A stretch of 64,000 bases of DNA from Chiloscyllium plagiosum (Eukaryota): positions 9,744,862 through 9,808,861 of the forward strand of contig NC_057752.1 in NCBI RefSeq assembly GCF_004010195.1. The letters are read 5' to 3'. Below the pieces are notes generated by a model. It saw only the letters and a program-made list of their open reading frames with translations. It searched no databases and was not told the origin of the DNA. The position numbers and the translations under genes were made by a program. Positions 1-12,035 of this stretch are shown here, piece by piece (within the stretch, counting starts at the first letter, position 1; each line of letters begins with the position of its first letter).

Positions 1-987
1 ACGACAATCCAAAGTGAGCGGTGGTGCTGACATGTGATGCCTCCCCGTTTGGTATCAGGGTAGTGTTGGCTCACTGCTGGCCCAACAGAGAGGAACACCC
101 GATAGCATATGCTTCCCAGACTTTGGCTGATACAGAACGTAAATATGCCCAGATAGAGAAGGAAGGTTTGGCAGTCATCTTTGGTGTGATGGGAATTTGT
201 CATAGTGACAGATTACAAACCCTTGCTAGGGCTACTGAAGGAAGACAGGACAGTGCTGCCCATAACTTGCGTGAGAATTCAGAATCTGTCCAAACATTGG
301 AGGCAGACGTAAAGGAGCAGTCTACAGTATCACTTGATACCAAACTGTCCCAGTTCCTGTTCGATTATAGGACCATCCCACACACAACAACAGGGATAGC
401 TCTGGCAGAGTTGCTGATGGGGAGAAGACTCTGCGCCAGGTTCAACCTGGTGGGTGAAACAGCAGCAGGAATGCCAATGCTGGCTGTGTGCCACCTCTAA
501 GCGACAGAGACAATTTAATTTGGGGAGAAGGTTTTGTGCCGGAAACATGGAAGTGGCCCTGTATAGGTATGAGGCAAGGATGACGCGAGGTTGGGTCCTG
601 TGACTTACAAACTCAGATAGGTGATACAGTCCTGAACAAACATGTGGATCACCTAAAAGCTGTTACCTCACAAACGGGGCAGGAGCAAAACATACCTGAT
701 CCCTCAGAACAACCAGAAGGCCTGTCAGAAACCACGAGTTCTCCTCCTCTGTCGAGTGTTGAGCAAACCTCAGAGTCTGAGATGGATGTAGCCTCGATAC
801 TGCTACCACCAGAGGAAGACGAGGAAACTCTCCGAGACGCTCCAGATGCAAGAGATGGGCTACACTCCGGTACACGCTGCCCGTGTCGGAGTCTGAATCA
901 GAGGAACCGGACCCAGGGTGAAAATATCGCAGGATAAATGACAAGAGAAAGACCAGGCCTACCTCCCTGGACTTGTGTGGGAGGGTA
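1..987 (+). mobile_element. Gypsy/Ty3 LTR retrotransposon pol remnant, internally deleted
   Basis: RNase H-like motif VLTCDASPFG...HPIAYASQTLADTERKYAQIEKEGLAVIFGV joined to integrase C-terminal motif LSQFLFDYRTIPHTTTGIALAELLMGRRL; purine tract gggaggg just before TG at 988. Confidence 0.88.
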
Positions 988-1529
988 TGTCATGATTGGA
1001 ACCAGCGGGACTTTGTTGACTATGAGGTCATTGATTAGGGTTCTTTACCTGGGCCAATCAGGACAGCCCTGACTGACTAATATGACCAGGAGACTTAGAA
1101 TCCCCTCAGTTCGGGGGACTGGCTGGCTACACAGCCAGTGTATTACTGCTGGAGAACTGATTTCTGGGCTGCAGCCAGTGTGTACTGCTGTTTGTTGGAA
1201 CTGGTTCCTGAACTGGCTGGCTACAGCCAGTGGTACTGCTGGACAAACTTGAGTTCAGGATGACTTGGTAATGCGGCCTGACCTTGTGCTGTTGGCTTGT
1301 GGATTGTGCCTTTGCAGGTAGGCTGACCCTTGTGTGTTGATCATGCTTCTGTGTGTGGAACCTGTGCTTGTGAGTGAACCGTACCTGTATGTGTGGATCT
1401 GCTTCTGTGTGCGGACATGTGTTTGTGTGGGGTATCTGCTTTTGGGTGTGGACGCTACCTGGGTATGGGGTTTTTTTCTTGTATGTAGATTTTGTTATTG
1501 CCTGTAAATTCTGTTGTATGGGGGTCCTA

Positions 1530-1694
1530 TTAGATTCCCTACAGTGTGGAAACAGGCCCTTTGGCCCAACAAGTCCACACCGACCCTCCTAAGAGCAACC
1601 CACCCAAACCCATTTCCCTCTGCCCACAGTGTTAGGTGTATTAATCAATGTAGTTTGGCCAATTCACCTGACCTGCACATCTTTGGACTGTGGG
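1530..1694 (-). mobile_element. HE1-type SINE fragment
   Basis: Reverse complement of the SINE body and tail seen at 5088 and 10858. Confidence 0.8.
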
Positions 1695-1837
1695 TGTTCT
1701 TGTTTGTTGGTTGAAATATTTGGGTATGATTTTGTGTAGTAAGGTGACTGGGGGCCTGATGACTGTTGGCTGGCAAGAGGAATGGAAGGCAAGCTATGGG
1801 CCAGTTGGAGTGGCCAGAAGCTGGAGGGTGGACAGAC

Positions 1838-2080
1838 AACCTGGAAGGATGTGGGCCAGAGGGCTAGTCAGTATGGAGGATTGATGATCTGCCTGGAGGG
1901 ATATGGGCCAGAGAAGGGTCAGTCAGTATGTGGGGTGGCTGAGAGCTGAAGGGTTGATGATCTGCCTGGAGGGATATGGGCCAGAGAAAGGTCAGTTAGT
2001 ACACACAGTGACTGGAAGGCTGATGACTGTCCAGTAGGAAAGCTGGCCAAGGAAGGTCTGGTCAGTATGTGGGATGGACC
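1838..2080 (+). repeat. Degenerate tandem repeat, ~45-70 bp units
   Basis: Recurrent gatgatctgcctggagggatatgggccagagaa(g/a)ggtcagt(c/t)agta. Confidence 0.7.
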
Positions 2081-2699
2081 AGCACCAGGAGCTGTTGGGG
2101 ACCAGAAGGTGTGCAGAGTGACTGGGAGCTGGGTTATGTGTTGAGTGCTTTTCACTGTTGTATGCTGTTTTCGGTTATGCTGTGTTTTGTACACTGTCTT
2201 GTATTATGCCTGGTTGCAGGTGATGTGCGAAGTGTTTGCAACTGTATATAGTGGTCCTTTGCCTGTTTGACTCTGCTTTTAGGGGCTGTCATGGATTCTC
2301 TTATGTACTTTGGTCATTACGGTACTTTTTTGGGGAGGACAGAGACCTATGTAAGAACTTTGTATGGTATTGTGTGTTGTTGTTGTTGTTTCTGCTGAGA
2401 TTTGGGGTGCCTTGAGTTTGCAATCCTATTTCTCTGGTGTATTGTCTTTTATATAATCTTGAATTTAAAACAGGGGAGTTTGAATCACCTCAGTTCAGGG
2501 GACTGGCTGAGCTGGCTGGCCACAGCCAGTATACTGTGCACGAATAGGTTAAGGGTGACATGATGGGATACTGGCCTCTGCAATTATTCCATATATCAAG
2601 ATTAATCTTAAGCCTCTTGTAGAATCTGGACGATTCAATTACTAATTAAAGAGCATGCTTTGAAATGGAACCTTTTGTCAGCACATTAGGAAGCCCTCT

Positions 2700-2804
2700 T
2701 TCAAACAGAGACTTGAGGCTAGTGAAAGATAAGTGTTAGCGTCAGCTCACTCCTGCCTTTCAGTGCAGAAAGAAATTTAACGACCTAATTAGATCAGGCA
2801 AGGT
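2700..2804 (+). mobile_element. Harbinger-type Myb/SANT-like gene remnant
   Basis: 2761-2802 reads QCRKKFNDLIRSGK followed by gt, matching the last helix of Harbinger Myb/SANT-like proteins. Confidence 0.6.
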
Positions 2805-3379
2805 ACATGAGGAGCTGCACACTGAGACCCTTAATGTTACTGTACATTATGTGGCCACACATTCCCAAACCGCACTATACTAAGTATGTCTGCCACTGTC
2901 AATGATGTTCACCTCGTGTGAGTTGTAAATTGTGTACATTGGAATAGTTTTGGCAGGAAGCGTTAATGGAATTAACTTCACTAGGCTCAGTAAGGACCTC
3001 TTGTACAATCCACTTGGGTCAGTCAAAAGAAAATGATTCTGCTGTTCAAATTTTTCTCTGTTTAGGTTTTTACGTTCCTGTCCTCGAGGGACTGATCCTG
3101 ACTGGCGAAGACCTACAAGTGTTGGAAACTTGCCCAGGTGGATGTAAGGTCAGTGCAAGCTGCATTGTGGTATAATCCATGCCAGGAGACTTCTGCCAAC
3201 ATGAGGGTTTCTGGCAGGCCCCAGAATTGGAAATAGCTCTCATTGGAAGCTGAGATGGTTAACTGTGCACTGTTGCATAAATGCCTGCAGCACCTTTTAA
3301 AAAGGCCAGAAATTATTGGAAGATTGGGGGTGATCATGACAAATATCTGCCTCATTCAATGTCTGAAACCTCATCTACT

Positions 3380-3585
3380 GAGTCCTCAGTTTACGGAGGC
3401 AGGTTTAGAGACTCCTGCAGGAGATTTTGCCAGGGTGGGTGGGGGGGTGCTCTTTGAGCTGGAGAAACAGGGTGTCAAATGAGCACAACTGATGGTTACT
3501 GGAGGGGAGTGGCAAGGTCAGTCAGTGAATTCACACAACCTCCCAGTGCAGAAAGAGCTTTAATGACATTAGTTCAGGCTTGGTG
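3380..3585 (+). mobile_element. Harbinger-type Myb/SANT-like gene remnant
   Basis: SPQFTEAGLE...GVLF, then (frameshifted) YWRGVARSVS and QCRKSFND at 3544. Confidence 0.55.
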
Positions 3586-4062
3586 GGAGAAGCCAGCCAT
3601 ATGTGTGCTGCATTAAGCATGTCTGACTCACTGCAATATTCCTCTCTCATGGTGCTACACTGATTTGAATTGCTTTGACTTGCTTATCAGTGATCTTCAA
3701 AAGGAAAAACACTCCATTCCCCAGTTTCACATGAACATATTCATTCTTCTACCATGTTAAATGCATTCAACACATTTGCATGGAATATCGGGGTTCTTGG
3801 ATAGAGAAACTAAGCTGGATGATAGTCTTTCCCATAGTCATACAGCACGGAAACAGACCTTTCGGTCCAACCAGTCCATGCTGATCATAATCCCAAACTA
3901 AACTAGTCTGACCTGCCTGCTCCTGGCCCATTTCCCTCAATCTTTCATAGAATCCCTACTCTTACTTATCTAAGTGTCTCTGTAATAACGTTATGATCTT
4001 AAAAATTAATACATTTGTTTGCAAACCCACCACAGGCTGTATGTGGATACCCAGGTCTTCCC

Positions 4063-4405
4063 ATAGAGTCATAGAGATGTACAGCACAGAAAAAGACCCT
4101 TCGGTCCAACTTGTCCATGCCGACCAGATATCCCAACCCAATCTGGTCCCATTTGCCAGCACCCGGCATCGTTCTAAACCCTTCCTATTCATATATCCAT
4201 CCAGATGCTTTTTAAATTGTACCAACCTCCACCACTTCCTTTGGCAGCTCATTCCATACATGGCACCACTCCCTGGGTGAAAATGTTGTCCCTTAGGTTC
4301 CTTTTATGTTTCCCCCTCTCACCTTAAACCTATACCCTCTGGTTCTGGACTGCCTCCATCCCAGGGAAAGGACCTTGTCTATTCCATGCCCCTCATGATT
4401 TTAAT
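4063..4405 (-). mobile_element. CR1 LINE 3' fragment (another CR1 tail at ~3836-3940)
   Basis: FKKHLDGYMNRKG C-terminus and CR1 3' tail ending ctctatgactctat. Confidence 0.85.
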
Positions 4406-5087
4406 AAACCAGGTAAAAGCAATGAGTGATCAGCCACAAGAATTCGCATCTATCCCCTGCTCAGGTGGCTAATTCCCTATCAGGAGGAAGGCTTGCACAG
4501 CTTGGTGAATAGACCATCAGGTATGATGGGAGAAATGTGATTGCTGAAGCCTAGTCAGACCACACTGCTTTTATTTCTCCTTCATTAATTGTCACTGAAT
4601 GATATCCCAAAATCAACCCAAATGGTAAGGTAGCACTGCAGGCAACAAACTATGACTATGTTCATGGAGTCCAAGAGCTGCTGTAAATCACCTGCAATGT
4701 GTGCTGATCTGCTGCCTGAATTCTTGGAAACGAGCACAAACTGCCTATTGTAATCCTCTAAGTAGCTATGGGAAAATGTTGGTGTTGAAAGCTAGTCCCA
4801 AAACCTTTGCAGAATAAAACTCTCCACAACAGCATTTATCTGCCAATGCTACTGGCAGAGAAAAATAGTGGTCATCTGTCAACTCCTTTAGTCAAGGAAC
4901 CTCATGACACCATGTATAAATGCTGCCATTGAAAACCGCTTGAACCTCTGGCTCCTTGTTTTGTCATAGGTTCATGTGTTTCAGAGTGACCTTTTCTGTA
5001 TCATTTGCCATTTTTCTCACTTGCGTGAAATGATGGACAATCCTTTGAAGGCTGAAAAACCCACACTTCTCCAGCCTTTCCTCATGG

Positions 5088-5369
5088 GGTAGCACGGTGG
5101 CTCAGTGGTTAGCACTGTGCCTCACAGCACTAGGGACTTGGGTTTGAGTCCCATCTTGGGCGACTGTCTGTGTGGAGTTTGCACATTCTCCCTGTCTCTC
5201 TGTGGGTTTCCTCCCATAATCCAAAGATGTACAGGTTAGGTGAATTGCCCATAGTGTTAGTCAGGGGTAAATGTCGGGAAATGGGTCTGAGTGGGTTACA
5301 CTTTGGAAGGTTAGTGTGGACTTGTTGGGCCGAAGGGCCTGTTTCCATACTGTAGGTAATCTAATCTAG
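5088..5369 (+). mobile_element. HE1-type tRNA-derived SINE
   Basis: A box ggtggctcagtggttagc, B-box-like gggtttgagtccc, body gtggagtttgcacattctccc, tail aatctaatcta. Confidence 0.88.
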
Positions 5370-5889
5370 GTTTGTGGTCAAAGGGATGTGCTTTGACTTG
5401 TCTTTGTGGCAGTTCCAGGACTTGAAGAGCATGGTGTTATTTCGCTACTACTTTTGCAGTTAATCTTGTCTTTAATGGATTAAACAATTTCATCAACAGT
5501 ATAATTACATTGCTTTTGAATTGTGTGGAGATCATTCCAAGAATCTCTCAATTTTGGATTACTTTGAATTTTCCAGAAAAAGGAAGTCTCAGGAAATTGA
5601 ATCTCGTTTTGGTGAAGTACAAATTGCATTGAGTTTTTTTTTGGATGTTTCCTCACCGCAAGGCCTTTTAAAAATTCTCACCATTTCATACCAAATGCCA
5701 CCCCATTAATTACCTACCCCACCCCGACAGCAGCCCTCACATCAAATGCTATCTCCACCTTATCCATGCGTTTTTCCCACAACCTGCCACTCGCTGGGTA
5801 TCTGCTGAAAGACTGCCATCCCTGGTGCCTGTGCCATGTTTAAAAGTCCATTGTGCACTGGGACCAGTGTTGGGATTCTGAAGCTGGCT

Positions 5890-7500
5890 TGCTGTTGGCC
5901 ACAATTCTCCAGCAGGGACCTGGCGATCCTGGTGGCGGGAGGAGGCAATACAAAGCCGAGGGGCTCTCTTCCCCAAACCCTGGCAGTTTGGTCTGAGGTC
6001 ACCACCACCTCAATTGGTGCAATCTCCAGGAACAGCCAGCAGTCAGAATGGGTCAGTGACCCTCTCTGCTGCACCAGGGGAAGTGCCACACTCCTCTCTG
6101 CTATCTCACACTCCTCCTCCTCCTTTTTCTTTACTAGAGCATCCACCTTCCACGCAGGGTCATGCTCAGCCATTCTCTCTGTTGCCTGCAACATCTTCCC
6201 ACACTTGCTCTCATCCTCCAACCTCCCACACCATTAACCCCACATGCCCTCTGTACTGTCTACTCACTCGCCTGGGACACCTCAGCAGCTTTCACTCACC
6301 AGCACTAACAGCCATGCCACCCACTTATAACTTACTCAGTATCTTCCTTTATTTTTTTTCAACAGAAAACAGCTCCCAGAAGGGCAGAAAGACCCAGCTG
6401 GGTGGAGGGGTGCCAAGAGGATGCTGTCCCTTGGAGCTGAAGACTGGGACTGCTCCTGTTGGGATGCTGAGACATCTGTGTTCCCACTCTTCATCCACTG
6501 TGACTCTCTGACCACCTCCTACTGTCAGTGTCATTCATTGCACACCATTTCTGACTGTTGCTTGCAATGCCATTTCTCCCTTGTTTCCTGCAGGTGGGAT
6601 GTCCATTTCACCCAGCACTAGCTTCTCTTTGAATTCTGAAGAGGAAATACCTGAAACCTCAGCAAGTATCAGGGAGGCTGCTTGCTGCACCCACCTCCAG
6701 CTCCGACATGAACCTGTCGGTGGGAAATGCACACTTAACATTTGGGAGCACCTCACAGCAACAGTTCCACATCTGTCTGAGAAACAGCCCAGGGTCACTG
6801 GCACTGGAGACCAGGTACCTGCTTGGTCCCAAGCAGGAGAGGAGCTGGGGGGTGTCAGCAATCAGGGACTTTGTCTGCATGCACAGGGAGGAACAGGAGC
6901 GGCAGACAGGTATGTATGACATGGTCCTCCATGTCCAGAGACTGCAGCAGTGCAGTTGAGCTATGGGTAACCCAGCTGCCTGGAGCATGAGACTGTCCAG
7001 CTGGAGAGGTTGGTGGTTGCCATGGAGAGGCAGGTCGGGCAGCCCCAGGATCTGCTGGAGTGGGGCGCGCACCTACATTCCATTACCTTCACCATTGGTC
7101 CTCGGGACCGAAGACATGGTAGCAGGGGCTGGTGAATGTGACAAGGACTCCAGTTGCCCTTCCTCACCATGAGACCAGGTGGTGCCAGGAAGTACCCAGG
7201 TACAGGAGGAACCACAGGGCCAGGGCTTGCAGAAGTCTCCTCTCATGACACCCCAGGGGTGGCTGAGCCCACTATCTCCACCCTGACTGTGTCCCTCTGA
7301 CCATTTGGAAGTTCAAGCTGAGGAGGATCCACTTGCTTCTGGTAAGAAGACCCTCAGTTGTCAGGGACATCCAAATACAGATGCCTCTGGGATGATCCAA
7401 CTGATCCTCCAAGGCCAATGGGTTGCACTACCCAGGAAGCTCCCTCCGACCCAGCTGCAGACCTTGGGTGTACACTGACATGAAGTGGGAAGGAGAGGAG
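5890..7500 (+). mobile_element. Degenerate Harbinger-type Myb/SANT-like gene
   Basis: PQFSSRDLAILV...AVWSEVT...ISRNSQQ, then after an acceptor-like tttttttcaacag ENSSQKGRKTQLGGGVP, later coiled-coil-like QLERLVVAMERQV; many stops and frameshifts. Confidence 0.55.
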
Positions 7501-7729
7501 AAAGAAAGTGCCTTTGGAGGGCACTTTGGTGACAGTGCACTGCATATGAAGTATCACATTTGTATTAACATGCTTGTTGCTGTGTCCTATCTGTTTGTTT
7601 GAATCTGTGTAGCTCGGAATGCAACTGTACCAGCATCACATCTAACATCATGGCCACACTGGACAAATCAAGGACCACCTGTTGAGCATCCTGGAAACAA
7701 AATGCCGAGCTGGAGGGTTGGATCTGGGA

Positions 7730-10445
7730 TGAGGTGGGGCAAGGCAAGATGAGGAAACTGGTGAAATCAATTTTGATGCCATCGTCTCATGAGGAGGTTG
7801 AACAGTTCATCAACTTCACAAACACCTTCCACCGTGACCTCAAGTTCACGTGGACCATCTCAAACACCTCCCTCCCTCCACTATTCCTTACTCCCAATTC
7901 CTCTGCCTCTGCCGCATCTCTTCCACTCCAGAACATTCCAGATGGCCTCTTATTTCAAGAACCACAATTGACCCTCCAACATGGTCAACAATGCCCTCCA
8001 GGCATTTCCTCCACTTCCCGTACCTCTGCCCTCGAACACCACCCCTCCCAACCACAACAAGGACAGACCCCTCCCTCCCCGGGTCATCACCTTCCACCCC
8101 ACCAATCCAAAAGACTGAAGGATAGCAAATGTTGTCCCCTTGTTCAAGAAAGGGAGTAGAGACAACCCTGGTAATTATAGACCAATGAGCCTTATTTCAG
8201 TCATGGGTAAAGTGTTGGAAAGGATTATAAGAAATAGGATTTATAATCCTCTAGAGAGGAGTAAATTGATTATGGATAGTCAACACAGTTTTGTGAAGGG
8301 TAGGTTGTGCCTCACAAACCTTATTGAGCTCTTTGAGAAGGTGACCAACCAAGTGGATGAGGGTAACGTGGTTGATGTGGTGTATATGGATTTCAGTAAG
8401 GCATTTGATAAGGTTCCCCACGGTAGGCTATTGCATAAAATACAGAGGCATGGGATTGATGGTGATTTGGTGGTTTGGATCAGAAATTGGCTAGCTGAAA
8501 GAATACAGGGTGGTGGTTGATGGGAAATGTTCATCCTGAAGTTCAGTTACTTGTGGTGTACAGCAAGGATCTGTTTTGGGTCCACTACTGTTTGTCATTT
8601 TTATAGATGACCTAGATGAGGGCATAGAAGGATGGGTTAGTAACTTTGCAGGTGACAGTAAGGTCGGTGGAGTTGTGGATAGTGCTAAAGGATGTTGCAG
8701 GTTACAGAGGGACATAGATAAGCTGCAGACCTGGGCTGAGAGGTGGCAAATGGAGTTTAATGTGGAAAAGTGTGAGGTGATTCACTTTGGAAGGAGCAAC
8801 AGGAATAAAGAGTACTGGACTAATGATAAGATTCTTGGTAGTGTGGATGAGCAGAGAGATCTCGGCGTCCAGGTACATCAATACCTGAAAGTTGCCACCC
8901 AGGTTGATAGGGTTGTTAAGAAGGCATACAATGTGTTAGCTTTTGTTGGTAGAGGAATTGAGTTTCAGAGCGACTTGGTCATGTTGCAGCTGTACAAAAC
9001 TCTGGTGTGGCCGCACTTGGAGTATTGCGTACAGTTCTGGTCACCGCATTATAGGAAGAATGTGGAAGCTTTGGAAAGGGTTCAGAGGAGATTTACCAGT
9101 ATGTTGCCTGGTATGGAGGGAAGGTCTTATGAGGAAAGGCTGAGGGACTTGAGGCTGTTTTCATTAGAGAGAAGAAGGTTGTGAGGTGACTTAATTGAGA
9201 CATACAAGATAATCAGAGGGTTAGATAGGGTGGTGATGGCTAGCACGAGAGGGCATAGCTTTAAATTGGGGGGTGATAGATATAGGACAGCTGTCAGAGG
9301 TAGATTCTTTACTCAGAGTAGTAGGGGCATGGAACACCCTGCCTGCAATAGTACTAGACTCGCCAACTTTAAGGAGATTTAAATGGTCATCGGAGAAACA
9401 TATGGATGAAAAAGGAATAATGTAGGATAGATATGCTTCAGATTGGTTCCACAGGTCAGCGCAATATCAGGGGTTGAAGGGCCTGTACTGTGCTGTAATG
9501 TTCTATGTTCTATTTCTGGATACAGCACATCATCCTACGCCATTTCCACCACCCACAATCAGACCCCACCACCAGAGATATATTCCACCCCTCTCCACCC
9601 CTATCAGCATTCCGCAGAGACCATTCCCTGAGACTGCCTCGTTAGGTCAACAACCCCCACTAACCCACCTCCCACACCTGCCAGATTTTCCTACACAACC
9701 AAATACCTCATCTACTGTGTCCATTGCTCTGTCAGGTGAAAGTGAGTACTGCAGATTCTGGAGATTAGAGTCGAGACTGTGGTGCAAAAGCCCTTCATCA
9801 GGGACGTCGATTTTCCTGCTCCTTGGATGCTGCCTGACCTGCACCATACTCTCAACCCATTGCTCTCTGTGTCTCCCTTTACACTGGGGAGACAGGACAC
9901 CACCTCGTGGGACACATGCACCAAACAACCCCACTGCCCTATGGCTGACCACCTCAACTCTCCCTTCCACTCTGCCAAGGATATGCAAGTCCTGGGCTGC
10001 GTCCACCACCAAATCCAAGCCACCTGATGCCTGGAGGAGGAACGTCTTGTCTTCTGCCTTGGGACTCTCCAAACACACGGCATCAACATCGACATCACCA
10101 GTTTCCTCCTCTCTCCTTCACCCCCACCCCCCCGACCCTCAACTCATATCCAACCCTCGAACTCGGCATCACTCTATTGAACTGTCCTACCTGTTCATGC
10201 TCCTTCCTACCTATCCACTCTGACCTATCACCATCACCAACCCACCCAACGATGCATCTACCTATCACCTTCCCTTCCTATTTATCCTTCAGCCCCCTTC
10301 TCCCTCTCCTCACTTTCCTGATGAAGGGCCTATGCCCAAAACATCAATTCTCCTGCTTGTCTGATGCTGCCTGACCTACTGCGCTTTTCCAGTGCCACAC
10401 CTTTTTTTGTCAGATTTCCAGCATTTGCAGTCCTCACTTTCTCTT
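7730..10445 (+). mobile_element. Penelope-like element (RT C-terminus + GIY-YIG region), split by a CR1 insertion
   Basis: SHEEVEQFINFTNTFHRDLKFTWTIS, IPYSQFL, MADHLNSPFHSAKDMQVLG; terminal repeat with hammerhead-like motif at 10318. Confidence 0.8.
8109..9513 (+). mobile_element. CR1 LINE, 5'-truncated, RT domain
   Basis: [40 protein letters not shown] (FADD-like), [10 protein letters not shown]; tail gttctatgttctat. Confidence 0.93.
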
Positions 10446-10857
10446 CCTCTTTCTGTACTGTAACAATTCTGTGACCCTAAACATGCTGATTGTGAATGAT
10501 ATTGAAAGAAAACTCCATAGACACTTAGGGTAGTCAGCATAATAGTTTTATACGTACAAATACAAGATTGATCTCAACCTAAGGATCACAAGGTCTGGAA
10601 TTGCAAGCCTTGATCCTAATATGATTATATTAGCTCACCAATATACTGTTAGTAAGGAACTCGAAGATCCTTACCCAGCCTGGCCTTTATGCAACTCCAG
10701 AATCCATAGTTGACCCTTGTGTGCCCTCTGAAATTATCTAGCAAGCCACTTGGCTTGTATTCAATAAGGTGGTTCACCACCAGCTAGGCAATTAGAGATA
10801 GCAATTATAAATACCTGTACATGCCAGCCTAACCAGCTACATCCACATTTCCCATCA

Positions 10858-11195
10858 GGGCAGCACGGTGGCTCAGTGGTTAGCATTGCTACCTCACAGC
10901 ACCAGGGACCCAGGTTCGATTCCAGCTTTGGGCGACTGTGTGGAGTGTGCACATTCTCCCCGTGTCTGTGTGGGTTTCCTCCAGATGCCCCGGATACCTC
11001 CCCCAATCCAAAGATGCGCAGGTCAGGTGAATTGGTCATGCTAAATTGCCCTGTAGTGTTCAGGGATGTGGAGGTTAGGTGGATTAGTCAGGGATAAATG
11101 GAGGATTATAGGAATGGGTCTGGGTGGGTTACTGTTTGGAGCGGTCAGTGTGGACTTTTTGGGTCAAACTGTTTCCACACTGTAAGGTTCTATAA
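10858..11195 (+). mobile_element. HE1-type SINE, near full length
   Basis: gggcagcacggtggctcagtggttagc...ggttcgattcc (A/B boxes)...tttccacactgtaaggttcta. Confidence 0.9.
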
Positions 11196-11579
11196 TAATA
11201 AAACAAAACGAGTCTCAACATGCGTAATGAGAACTAGATTGATTTTCCTAACCAGCCAATCGCAAGGCCAATGAGGTGGAAAAATGGGCCAACCAAAGGT
11301 CAACTGTGGATTCTGCACCCATGTGACCACACTCTGCCTTCATTACGTTTCCCATACTGTGCTTTGAGTTACACACTCCCCTTCCTGTACCTGTGTTTCT
11401 ATATATGGTTTGACTCTATTCTGACACATACAATCCAGATTTTCCTTACTCCCTTATTTGTCCAAACATCTCTAACTTGTGCTCCTCCTTAATAACCCTA
11501 ATCAGTCAAGACAAAGCCATTTCCCACAGGTGTGCTCATCTAAGTCTGTGTCTACAAATTTCCACATTCTGAAGGGAAT

Positions 11580-12035
11580 ATTGCAGAAAAGATTTACAAG
11601 GATGTTGCCAGGGTTGGTGGTTTTGAGTTACAGGGAGAGGCTGAATAGGCTGGGGCTGTTTTCCCTGGAGCGTTGGAGGCTGAGGGGTGACCTTATGGAG
11701 GTTTACCAAGTTATGAGAGGCATGGATAGGGTAAATTGACAAGGTCTTTTCCCTGGGGTGGGGGAGTCCAGAACTAGAAGGCATAGTTTTAGGGTGGGAA
11801 GGGAAAAATTTAAAAGGGGCAACTTTTTCATGCAGAGGGTGGTGCGTGTATGGAATGAGCTGCCAGAGGAAGTGGTGGAGGCTGGTACAATTGCAACATT
11901 TAAAAAGCATCTGGATGGGTATATGGATAGGAAAGGGATATGGGCCAAATGCTGGCAAATGGGACTGGATTAGTTTAGGATATCTGGTTGGCGTGGACGA
12001 TTTGGACCAAAGGGTCTGTTTCCGTGCTGTACATC
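11580..12035 (+). mobile_element. CR1 LINE 3' fragment
   Basis: QKRFTRMLPGL...[15 protein letters not shown]...WNELPEEVVEAG plus tail. Confidence 0.9.

Larger units (their letters stand above)
988..2591 (+). mobile_element. Probable 3' LTR of the Gypsy element, interrupted or expanded internally
   Basis: Starts TGTCATG after the purine tract, contains CCAAT; segment at ~1088-1150 recurs at ~2470-2540; candidate end ...attattcCA at 2591. Confidence 0.5.

Noticed and set aside
1119..2080. Short repeats with variable spacers resembling a CRISPR array
   Set aside because: Vertebrate context, degenerate irregular units and no cas genes.
5749..6511. Overlapping 130-165 aa ORFs on both strands as a novel gene
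   Set aside because: Better explained as a decayed Harbinger Myb/SANT-like sequence and its antisense frames.
9474..10223. Longest ORF in the track (249 aa)
   Set aside because: Out-of-frame read-through across a CR1 tail and C-rich Penelope debris; no coherent protein.
10858..10930. tRNA-like A/B boxes
   Set aside because: These are the tRNA-derived heads of HE1 SINEs, not tRNA genes.
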